A stretch of DNA of 64,000 nucleotides from Entomortierella parvispora E1425. Lineage: Eukaryota > Fungi > Mortierellomycota. Position numbers and translations under genes: made by a program. Position 1 is the stretch's first letter; the number at the start of each line of letters is the position of its first letter. The stretch lies in the NCBI GenBank assembly GCA_020891255.1, contig BQFW01000003.1:434001-498000 (forward strand), in the 5' to 3' direction. The notes below the pieces were generated by a model. The model saw nothing but the letters and a program-made list of their open reading frames with translations, ran no database searches and was not told the origin of the DNA. Shown here in pieces: positions 11,662 through 22,971 of this stretch.

Positions 11662-12312
11662 TCAGTCAACGTTGACCAGGAAACAAGTCGAGTACTCTTC
11701 TCCCACCGGGTTTTTGTCAAACTGCCACCACCACACCAATTGATACATCCCCGGAAGAGTTCCCTTTGGGATCTTGACCTCGCCATGACACACCGTGTTG
11801 GGGTTCTGAGGGTCCTCACAATTGGCCGGTGTTGCAAAGTTCATCTTGGCCAACAACATCTGTCCGTTCCCAACCGTGTCGCCTCGGTCCGTCAACAAGG
11901 TGTTGGGTCGACCGTTCCAATAGATCTCGACTTGGGAGGGCGCCTGGGCCGCACCACTGACAATCTGATGTTGAGGATCGTCCAAATGACCATTGGCCTC
12001 CCAAGTCAACGTCAGGGTCTGACCAGCCTTGACAGACGCAGGAGGTAAGGCCTGGTTGACATCAAAGTTGTCTTGGCGACCGGGCTGGCAGACGGGGGTA
12101 TTGTTTTGGCGGCCGCTAATGAGATATGTGTAGAGGGTGTTGATGTCGGGGTTGGCCCGGGTGGGATACCCAGTTCCGTAACCACTGCATTGAGTCGACG
12201 AGATGGTGTTGCTGCAGTCCAACCAGGAATGGGCTGCGACACCAGAAAAAAGGACGGATTCTTGACTGAGGACGACGACAGAGGCCAAGGCGAGGATATG
12301 GACAGCCTTCAT
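11662..12312 (-). CDS. Secreted 216-aa protein with predicted mature N-terminal His; LPMO-like copper-protein candidate
   Basis: Single exon from ATG 12312. Hydrophobic signal peptide ends VAA|HSWLDC; second His in WEANGH; C-terminal IPKGTLPGMYQLVWWW and GEEYSTCF; six Cys in the mature chain. Confidence 0.85.
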   Translation of the reverse strand: MKAVHILALASVVVLSQESVLFSGVAAHSWLDCSNTISSTQCSGYGTGYPTRANPDINTLYTYLISGRQNNTPVCQPGRQDNFDVNQALPPASVKAGQTLTLTWEANGHLDDPQHQIVSGAAQAPSQVEIYWNGRPNTLLTDRGDTVGNGQMLLAKMNFATPANCEDPQNPNTVCHGEVKIPKGTLPGMYQLVWWWQFDKNPVGEEYSTCFLVNVD

Positions 12313-13205
12313 TCTGAGAGAAAAGTGAGTGAGAGTAGAAATAAGGTGAAGTAATGGATTGGTACCAGAGGTTACGACAGATTTGAATAGAAAATGGAAA
12401 GAGGAATGAGGAAAGAAGAGAGAAAAGTCTGAAAGTTGGTGGATATTGGAGGGAAAAAGGCGCGTCCTTTTATGGAGGCGAGAGAACAGCAGAACAAAGC
12501 AGGGGATGCCATTCACAAAAGGGGTGTGAAGACTTAGCTGTTTCATGGCTGGACAAAGAACCCGCGACTCTGGAGAAGGAGATAGATAGGAAAGTAGGTA
12601 AGGAGAGGGAAATGAGTGGGATAGAAGGAACGCTGGGAGAGATGACTAGACAGGGGGGCAATTTACGCGTGCTTCTTCAACGAACCCCATGCAGGGGGAC
12701 GAGGGTGGGGCCGTGCGGCCATGTAAAGTATTTAAGGGGCGGCAGTTGTTTTGTTCAGCATCGATCTGGCAATGCGTGAGGTGAGCAGCAGAGGAAGGAC
12801 CCTGTTGCCAAGACTTGCGAATGACGCCAAGGGGATAACGAACGAGCCTTGGGTGCCGCCAGAGAAGGAAGCCCGTCTTGTGGACGGAGGCTGTGGTGGC
12901 GCGGCAGAGGGTCCCGCGAGTCCGCGAGTCCGAGACAGACGGGCCAGTCAGAGTGGACTCAAGGAAAAAAAAGCCCAGAGTCGTGTTTGCGCAGGGAAGC
13001 GACACAAAAGAGGTTCCTTTCTGCCACCAATTTCTTCGTCATACTAGGCGTTTCTTTTCGACTCTTCTTCTTCTTCGTCTTCTCATCTCCACAATTGTTC
13101 TCTCTTCTTTCCTCATCTCATCCCTCCCCCCTTCGCACGCCTGACCCAAGCCTGCTCTAATCAAGTCTATAAATTCAAGTCTGCTCTGTTCGTGCATTTC
13201 AGCAA

Positions 13206-15923
13206 ATGGTTGTCATCAACTCGGCCCTCCTCGCCAAAAAGTTTCCTCAGTTGCCAGTCAACGACGTCGACCAACTCGTGAACCAGTTCCGGTAAGAAGT
13301 GCAAGCCGAGAAAAGAACCCACTCCTTGTTCCTAGCTTGAGATCAGAGGCGTCATTCCTCTTTGCCTCGAGACTGACCCCTTGTTTGTTCAACGATTCAT
13401 AGTCGATTCGACATCGATGGACGCGGCCAAATCGACCAAAAGGACCTCGTCAAGGTCATTCAAGACATTGGCGAGGGTCAGTCCTACGACCAGATTCGCT
13501 CTACCATTAAGGCTGTCGATATCAATGCCACCGGAAAGGTTGAGGTGGATGAGTTTCTGGAGGTAACGACTGGAGCCTTCTTTACTGTTCGCGTGCAACT
13601 TTTTCATCATCTCGTGCGCGTGGTCAGACCACAACTGACCTTGCGTGGGCATCTCCTTTTTTCGCTACTGTTTGGGTTGCTGACTCTCCCGCTCTTTTTT
13701 TTTCTTTTTTTTTCTTATCTTGACAGATTATCTCAAAGTTGCGTGAGGGAGGTGCAAGCCAACACACTGCTGGCAAGAAGGTGATCCAGGTCAAGGGAGC
13801 CAACAACAACATTACGCACTCGATGAACGATGACGAGCGTTCCGAGTTTACTGCACATATCAACTCTGTCCTCGCTGGTGACTTGCATATTGGAGACAGG
13901 ATCCCTATTCCCACGCACACCATGCAGATCTTTGACGAGTGTAGAGGTAAGAAAAAATCACCCAGAAAGCTTTCCTTTTTTTTTGCCATTCGTCATCAAG
14001 AAATTATGAGAGAGGGATAAACCTTTTTCGCGGCTGGAACAGATAACTGTTCTGGAAAACGAAAAGGAATTATAGCAGTGACGCGGATTGTTCAATTGCA
14101 CGGTATCCTAATCAAACTCGTTCTACAACGATCTTTGTTGGATATAGATGGTCTCTTGCTCTGCAAATTGATCAATGACTCAGTACCAGATACTATTGAT
14201 GAACGTGTGTTGAACGTCAAGAACAAGCTGTCCAACTTCCAGATCATCGAGAACAACAATGTGGCCATCAACTCTGCCAAGGCTATTGGATGCAGTGTCG
14301 TCAACATTGGACCTCAGGATATTATGGACGGACGTGAGCACTTGATTTTGGGACTCATCTGGCAAATCATCAAAGCTGGTCTCTTGTCCAAGATTGATAT
14401 CCGCCTCCACCCCGAACTCTACCGCCTCTTGGAAGAGGACGAGTCACTTGAGAAGTTCCTTCGCCTTCCCCCAGAGCAGATTTTGTTGAGATGGTTCAAC
14501 TACCACCTGAAGGCTGCAGGATGGCACAGAACGTAAGTTTTAACTTCTTGTTTGACTGCTTGCTCGGAAATAGATTCTTTTGATTGTTTGTTTGCCGGCT
14601 CTTTTGTCAAAAATGAAGTCCAGAGCGAACAGCACGGCGGGAAAATCACAGAAAACCACAGAAACGCTCGCTGAAATGCTCACTGGCATTGCAAAGAAAA
14701 TTGCGAAAGGTGTCTAGTTGCTAACACTGACTATTTTGTACGTGCTCTCAGTGTGAACAACTTTAGTTCAGATGTCAAGGATGGCGAGAACTACACTATT
14801 CTCCTCAACCAATTGGCCCCAGATCTTTGCTCCAAGGCCCCTCTCCGCGAGAACGATCTCTTTTCCCGTGCCGAACAGATTCTCCAGAACGCCGAAAAAC
14901 TCAACTGCCGCAAGTACCTTTCCCCTCAGTCGCTCGTTGCAGGAAACCCCAAGCTCAACCTTGCCTTCGTTGCCAACTTGTTCAACACCCACCCTGGTCT
15001 CGATCCTTTGGAGGAGGTCGAGCGTCCAGAATTGCCCGATGTCGAAGGAGATCGCGAGGCTCGAGGTAAAGCGAGAATCATGTTTTAGCAATGGCGTGTT
15101 GTGGAGTACACAGTTTTCTAATGTTCTCATTGTTCTTTGAGAAATCTAGTCTTTGCCTTGTGGCTCAACAGTTTAGATGTCGATCCTTTCGTCAACAACT
15201 TGTACACTGATCTTCAGGACGGAGTCATCCTTTTGCAGGCCTTTGACAAGATGCACCCCGGTATCGTGGACTGGAAGCGTGCCACTCGCAAGCAGCCCCT
15301 GAACCGCTTCAAGGCGGTCGAGAACACCAACTACGCTATTATGATCGGACAGCATCTCCGTTACACTCTTGTCAACATGCAGGGAGCCGATATCGTCGAC
15401 GGAAGCCCAACCCTTACCCTTGGTTTGGTTTGGCAGATGATGCGTGAGAACGTAACACAGACCATGAAGAAGCTTTCAAAATCAGGTCGCGATATCACCG
15501 ACATGGAGATGATTCGCTGGGCCAACGAGACTGTGCAGCGTGGAGGAAAGACGAGCAAGGTTGGAAGCTTCAAGGATCCTTCTTTCAGGACCGGTGTCTT
15601 TGTGTGCGATGTCTTGAACGGAGTTCGCCCTGGATGCGTCGACTATGCTATGGTCAACAGAGGCTCTACTTTGGAGGATGCCAAGATGAACGCCAAGTAT
15701 GCCATTTCCGTGGCAAGAAAGATTGGTGCTGTCATTTTTGTTCTCCCCGAAGATATCATCGAGTGCCGCGCCAAGCTTGTAAGTTTGTTTTCTTTTGCCC
15801 ATGAACTACCGTTTAATCATTCAAAGCGATCGGCAGCTCATACTCACCCACCATGTCTTTTTTCTCTAGATTCTCACTTTTATTGGATCGCTTATGGCTA
15901 TCGACACTGCTGGAAAGGCTTAA
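13206..15923 (+). CDS. SAC6: Fimbrin/plastin actin-bundling protein
   Basis: Seven exons (13206-13291, 13403-13562, 13727-13946, 14148-14532, 14752-15065, 15150-15778, 15870-15923). N-terminal EF-hands, then four CH domains with DGLLLCKLINDSVPDTIDER, LILGLIWQII, PEQILLRWFNYHL, LTLGLVWQMMR and YAISVARKIGA. Confidence 0.96.
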
Positions 15924-16014
15924 TCGCGCCAGCTTTTTGTATGAAAATAAAAAAAAAATGTTCATCGTATTGAGCTCGGCGGTGTTGTGTTTGAATAGGG
16001 AATACGTCTATGTG

Positions 16015-17021
16015 CTATGACAAGTGCACCTTTTGAATATCTTGAGCCATTCGATACACTTCTGGATCGACGTTGCCTTCTGTTCCTGTTTGGCAGGATC
16101 CATTGCAGGCTCGAGGCTGGTCAACATCCATGGCAGAATCTGCGTCCTCGCCCTTCACGGTTGCATCTGCTGCAAGTCCATGTTCTCCCGATGATATTTG
16201 AACCTGCACCTTTGGTGTGTTGGCTGCCAATTGCTTTTGAAGTTGCTCCTCCGAGGGCTTCTTGTCCTCGTCGTCATCGTCTCCGGAGAGGTCCGAGTCT
16301 GAATCGGAATCGGCACTGGGTGGCAATTCTGGCCACATTTCACGAGGGCCCGCCCATCCGCACTCCTCGCACAGTTTCGTCACCGCAGGGTCGTGAGGCT
16401 GTCGTGGGCAATCCTTGATCTTTTGGAGATATCGAAGAGGCAAATCATAATCTATCGGAGGCGCGAGTGTGTATGTGTTCGCAAAGGGTTAGTGGTTACA
16501 GATCCGTCTCTTCATTTCCTTCTTTCCGAAAGAGATGTCATGTCAAGAGAAAAAAAAGACTTACGGATTCCATCGCAAAAGGGTGGACGTGTGGTGTATC
16601 GACAGTCGCAGATGCTGTACATGGTCTGCGTGTTTTTGCCGTCCGGGACCTTCCACCGCAACGGCTTAAATGTTGTTCCTTTGTGGGATTTGCCATCGCA
16701 CCTGTGGAGAGGGGAGAAAGAGACGCGGGCGTGAATGATAGTCCGACGACGGGGAGTGAGGTAGATATGAACGAAACAGAAGCAAGTTCTTTACCATGGC
16801 CCTTTCTTAGTAAGACCGCAGGTGCACCATTCCTTAATTGAACCGGGCTTAAGACCTCGGACCGTGCATGGGTTGTACTATCAGAAAAGTAGGAACAGAA
16901 GGTAGGAGATCATGATCAGTCAAAGTCGCACAAATCAAGTTATTTTCCATGTCCTGACTTGGGTTCTTACGTTTGTGACTTTTGGCTTCTTGCCTAGGTG
17001 ACCAAGGTCTTCAATGTCCAT
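16015..17021 (-). CDS. CISD3: CDGSH iron-sulfur (NEET) protein with two CDGSH motifs, CISD3/MiNT-like, plus acidic C-terminal extension
   Basis: Exons 17021-16971, 16877-16795, 16701-16565 and 16451-16015, phase-consistent GT-AG. Motifs WCTCGLTKKGPWCDGKSH and ICDCRYTTRPPFCDGIH. Confidence 0.88.
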
Positions 17022-17519
17022 GGCTCAGATTAGGATGGGGAGAATGAGATGGAGTGGAGGGAGGGAATGGAATGATGTCAGAGGAGAGGAACAGAGAAGG
17101 AAGGAGTTTTTTTTCCTATTTATTTCTCACGGGCACACTTGAGGAGTTTACTGGAGGAAGACAGGTTCCCATGACGAACGACTGGTCGTAACGGTCGAGC
17201 GCGCTCTGACAGGAGCAAGCAAACAATTGAAACAATTGGCGTATTCAATATCAGTCCCAAGCAGGTTCAGCATTATCATCTGGACACCATGGACTAGGAC
17301 GATCTCGGGCGTAGTCCTGTTTGAAGTGAAGTCCGAGCACTCAAGTTCGGTGTCCAGGACGGGGGGCCATTGACCAAATCTGGTCCAAAAAAAAAAGTCG
17401 ACTAGATGAGGGATCACGTGAAGGGACGAAAAATGATCGTATGCGCTCCACAGTACTGGTGTTTATTTGCTGTGATGAGATGCTCGCCCTGAGATTCCAT
17501 CACCCATACACTGCACATC

Positions 17520-19647
17520 ATGAACTACGACGAGGAAATCGATATTGCTTCCGAGGTCGACTTGGTTGTCAACGCATACCCTGTCCAGGATGACGGACTC
17601 GATGAGGAGCTCTTGGCTGCTGGTAAAGTTGCCATCCATCTCTGTCACTCTTCTGCCTCGGAAAGAAAAAATTATTCGCTCCAACATCACGCCACCAAAG
17701 CACCCATGACTCAGTCCATGGAACCCTTCAAATCGACGATCAAACGACCAAACAGCTTTCATTTTGGACAAAGACTCTTGGCATCAGATGCCTTGATGGC
17801 ATCATGGACAGGAATGGCCACTGTGCTGGTGTGGGGAATAGCCCAGCTAACGTTTCTCTCCTATTATGGGTATTTGCATATGATTTAGACCAGACTACTC
17901 AGCAGTACCAGGAGGTCTTGATCCCCGAGGTGGTCAAGAACTTCATCATGTTGTTCCACCGCAGTGTCTTGGAGAACAACGTCTACGAGCTCCAGCAGAT
18001 CTATGAGCACTCGTTCAACAAGTTGACTGAGAAGTTCTACCTCAACGAGTCCTGGCCCGAGCCTGAGGCTATCTCGCCTTTGGTCAACGACGGTAAGTTA
18101 CCCCACCCTTCTTTTGACCATTGTGGGTGGTGTAATTCAGCTGAAGATGAACAATATCAGAGGTTTTCTAACTCTTTTTGATTTATTGGAACCTATAGAT
18201 CAGGTCTTTTTGACCCTTTACCGCGAGTTGTTCTACCGCCACATTTACTCGCGTCTCACCCCCACCATGGAGCACCGTTTCCACTCCTATGAGAACTACT
18301 GCGACTTGTTCAACTACATCTTGAGTAAGTAATTCAGTCATGGACATCTGGATCGTGGGCAGTAAGAAGATAATGCGAATCGGCAGGAAAAGCAGCATGT
18401 TCTAACTCGATTCGCTGCTGTATTTTTTTTTTTTTTGTTCTGTAGACTCTGAGGGACCCGTTGCTTTGGAGCTCCCCAACCAGTGGCTCTGGGATATCAT
18501 TGACGAGTTCATTTACCAGTTCCAGTCTTTCTGCAACTACCGTAACCGCATCAAGAACAAGACCCCCGAGGAATTGGCTTTGCTTCGCGACAACTCCCAG
18601 ATCTGGAGCTGCTACAGTGTGTTGAACGTCTTGTACTCTTTGATCCAGAAGTCTCGCATCACGGAGCAGCTTTTGGTTTCCAAGAACGGAGGCGATATGG
18701 TTGAGGCTGCTGGCGAGTACGGTTCGCGCCCTCTTTACAAGATGTTGGGTTACTTCAGCATTGTCGGATTGCTCCGCGTCCACTGCTTGTTGGGAGACTT
18801 CACTTTGGCCCTCAAGATGATGGAGAACATCGAGCTGAACAAGAAGCAGGCTTTGTTTGCCCGTGTGACCGCTTGCCATGTCACCACCTACTACTATGTT
18901 GGATTCGCCTACATGATGATGCGCCGTTACGCCGATGCCATCAAGGCCTTCTCCCACATTTTGACCTTCATCAACCGCACAAAGCAGTACCACAGCCGGT
19001 CGTACCAGCATGACCAGATCAACAAGAAGGGCGACCAGATGTACGCTCTCTTGGCCATGTGCGTCACCTTGTGCCCCACCCGTTTGGATGAGAACATTCA
19101 CAGCCAGTTGAAGGAGAAGTACGCCGATCAGTCGACCAAGCTTTCCAAGGCCGATGAGGCTATGCCCATCTTCGAGGAGCTCTTCCTCTTTGCCTGCCCC
19201 AAGTTCATCTCGCCCAACGGCCCCAACCTGGACGAGGATCCCGAGGTCTTGAACTCGATGACTGTCTTTGAGCCCGTTCAGCACTACACCAAGATCTTCT
19301 TGGCCGAGGTCCGCAACTCGATCTTGTTGCCTACCTTGCGCTCGTACTTGAAGTTGTACACTACCATGGGTAACGCCAAGTTGGCCTCCTTCCTCGAGGT
19401 CGAGCCCGAGCAATTGCGCACCTTGTTGATGATGGCCAAGATCAGGAGTCGCCAGATCAAGTGGGTCGAGGGTACCCTTTTGGAGGGCGAGTACCAGGGC
19501 ACCTCGGATTTGGACTTCTGCTTGAGGGAGGACATGATTCACGTTTCGGAGGCCAAGGTTGGTCGTCGTTATGGTGATTGGTTCTTGCGCAACATTAACA
19601 AGTTCCAGGATATCCTCGGAGGTTTGGAGTTGACGAGCAAGGCTTAA
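17520..19647 (+). CDS. EIF3L: Eukaryotic translation initiation factor 3 subunit L
   Basis: Exons 17520-17622, 17889-18092, 18199-18324 and 18446-19647. Motifs [68 protein letters not shown] and [11 protein letters not shown]. Confidence 0.95.
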
Positions 19648-19851
19648 GTAGGATGGAGTGAGCGCGCCTGTGTGTGAGTGAAAAGAGGCAGTGGGGCCTC
19701 CCCCTAGATATTTCAGTAAAAAAGCATTTTGCCACCAAAAAAACACGTACATCAAATATTGAAATTTGTACTGAGACACCAGAGATCTGGTCGAGATCAG
19801 CTCAAAGCATTCTTTCTTTCTCATTCAACCAAGACCGACCCATACATTACC

Positions 19852-20565
19852 ATGATTCCTCCTCCAATAGTCCAGCGCGGTCTTTTCACCTTGGACCGAT
19901 CGCTGTTCAAGAAGACTGTCAGCGTGATGGCTCTCAGGATTCCTGCCAACTTGACCATGGAGTGCAAGAAAGCCATTGGAACGTATGGACCCTTTTTTTA
20001 TTTTATTTTTTTTAAGGCCGTTATTGACCATTTGATCTCAATGGTGATCCTTGCGGAAGGGGTCGAGAGGCTATCACCTGCGTGCATCAAGTGGACGGAT
20101 CGTAGCGATGTGCATGACGAGAAGATCTACGCTCTTTGGCTGCCCTGGATAGGATCTGACTATTTGTTTCTGTTTTCTGGTCTTTCTTATTTAGAGACAT
20201 GCTTTTGGAACCCAAGATCAGGAACGTTATTGACAGCGATGATGGCGAAAAGTCTAAGCGCTTGGTTCTTTTGAACTTGGACATTAAGGATAAAGGTAGC
20301 TTGGAGACACTGTGAGAAGGACTCATCCCAGATCTTTATGGCCAGCTCACCCGTTAGCTTTTTGTAGTTTGATTTTCCGGAACTTACTGGAGGGGTGGTT
20401 TTTTTTTCTTTTTGACCTGGACTTCTCTCTTTAGATCTTGAGGGTGCCTCAGAAGGAACAAAGAACTTTATCAAGGAGAAAGGAATTGACGTGACGGAGG
20501 CGCAGTTCAATGTTGCATACGACCACTGGACTGCAGGTAACGACCAATTTTTAGTTTGTTTATTT

Positions 20566-20599
<34 letters not shown>

Positions 20600-22114
20600 C
20601 TGGCGAGAATCCGAACAGGACAAGGTGCATGAAGTCGATTTTGGATCACTGACGCTTCTCTCATGTTAGATGAGGTCTTGAGAGCCATCTTGCCAGAGGA
20701 CCTTGTAGATGAGGCCCCTTCGTCCTTCACGACCGTCGGACATATTGCCCATATGAATTTGAGGGATGAGTATCTTCCCTGGAAGAACTTGATCGGAGAG
20801 ATTATCTTGGACAAGAACCCCAACCTCAGGACAGTTGTCAACAAGATGGACTCTATCGATACCACCTTCCGATTCTTCAAGATGGAGGTCTTGGCAGGAG
20901 AAGACGACATGATTGCAGAAGTTGTATGTATTTTTGATATCGTGTATTTGGAAAGTCAAAGCTGGAGGGAAGGGGGGGTCCAGTACAGGTTCTGATATCC
21001 ATTCATTTTTATAGAGAGAAAGTGGGTGCAAATTCAAGTTCGATTTCTCAAATGTCTACTGGAACTCACGTCTTCACACTGAGCATGAGCGTCTTGTCAA
21101 GATGTTCAAGCCCACGGATGCAGTATGCGATGTGATGGCAGGCGTTGGACCTTTTGCGATGCCTGCGGCCAAGAAGGGATGTTTGGTCTATGCCAACGAT
21201 CTTAACCCAGTCTCATACAAGTGCATGTTGGAGAACAAGTCTCTGAACAAGGTAACAAAAGGACCCTGAGAACTGACAGAAGGCGTTTTATTTCACCACC
21301 GTGCCACCAGAATATCCACCTCGCACAAGAAGACTGATGGCAGCTTTTCTTCTTCTAGCTTGACAAAAACCTTGTCATTTACAACTTGGACGGTCGTGAA
21401 TTCATTCGCAAGGCGGTGGCAGATTTGGAGGCATCTGGATACAAGGGCGCCCCTCCTTCAGTACCAGGAACCAAGAAGAACCATGGCAAGGGAGCCAAAA
21501 AGGAAGATACCCCCGCTGTTGCCGCCCCTACCCCTGCTCCTGCCCCCGTCGTTTTGGAAGAAAACAGCAACAGACTGAAGACGTTTGATCATTTCGTCAT
21601 GAATCTCCCAGCCACAGCGATCGAGTTTTTGGATGCATTCCGCGGTTTGTTCAAGGGACGTGAGGAACATATCCCTGAGCCCAAGGTTCAATTGCCCATG
21701 ATCCACTGCCATTGCTTCTCAAAGAGTGAACAACCAGAGGTGGACGTCCGGGAACGAGTCGAGGCTGTGATGGGTGGCAAGTTGGAGTTGGACTCTGTCA
21801 AGTTGCACTGGGTCCGGAAAGTGGCCCCTAACAAGGATATGTACTGCATTTCTTTCCGTCTTCCTGCCGAGATTGCTTTTGCAAGGTAAGGTAAGAAGAT
21901 GATGAAGAGGTGCGCACGGGTCTTCCTTTGTGTACGTGTGTGTGTGTTGTGCCCCTGGATCCCCTCTAGAACGATTGACACTGACGCGTGAATTTAAATT
22001 TCGTGTCATCATAGCGACGTCAAGAGAAAACTAGAACCTGCCATGGAGAGTGCGTCCGATGCCGTGGACCCCCTGACTGCCGAGTCCGATGAGAAGCGGC
22101 AAAAGACCGAGTAG
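19852..22114 (+). CDS. TRM5: tRNA (guanine-37-N1) methyltransferase
   Basis: Seven exons. Motifs [83 protein letters not shown] and [15 protein letters not shown]. Confidence 0.95.
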
Positions 22115-22971
22115 CGGTCCAATCAGTCAAGCTTTCTTTTTTGGTTGGATAAGCGAAAGAAGTGGGGGAGAGCCAGCTTGTTTTCCTTACCTGCTTGTGC
22201 CCGATAAGCGGCATCCTTTCTGGAGGTCCAGGAAGTGAGCGTATCCTTTCCCATCCTCATGTTATTTTTGCATTAAACACGTTTTCGTCATATCCTTTTC
22301 GTTACATCGGGATTTCCATTGTTGGTCGTAATCCTGCTGTTTGTGGATAACCCTTTGCACCCTGACTGGTTGCAAGAATCCGTCGAGCAGAATTGAAGTT
22401 CCCTCCCTTTGTGAGTTGCCCTCCTGAACCGGGAAAGATGTTTGTCCTGGGAAGTTTCCCTGCAGAAAATCCTGTTTTTACTCTATGTTTGTATTGAAAC
22501 AAAAAAAAGGGCAGAGTGAGAGGAAGGAGAGAACAAGAGATAGCCAAAAATAGGCTCTCAAGCGCAATATCGAAATGAATGGATTGGGGATTGAGTTCCT
22601 TTTTTTGTTTTTTTTCTTCTTTGTACTGTATTGAGGTCAACAGGTATGGAGGACTATGTAGAATTGGGTTTTTTTGTCGCACGGAAATGAAGTAACTCGG
22701 ACATCAGTTGTGGGAACAAAAATGAGAGAGAAAGGTATTATAGACCTCAGAGGAAGAGGGATAGAGGAGGAGGAGGATACGGGTGTTGACCAAAATAACT
22801 GAAAAATACATGCGAGCGGGGCTGGGCTGATCGAGCTTTTTGTTTCGATGTTGTTGGGGCAGTAAGCGGAGTGTCAGGGGGGACGACAGGGTGGTATCGG
22901 TAGAGTGGTAGTGGTGGTGGTGGTTTCGGGGGTACATTGATTGCAATTACCCCTCCCTTGTTTGCTCCCTT

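Noticed and set aside
18334-19824. 496-aa antisense ORF under eIF3L
   Set aside because: Same codon-bias shadow; it coincides with the long coding exon.
22241-22298. GTATCCTTT and ATATCCTTT (U12 minor-intron donor consensus) within about 50 nt
   Set aside because: They lie between the 3' ends of TRM5 and GNA1 with no downstream TCCTTAAC branch site; no gene model needs them.
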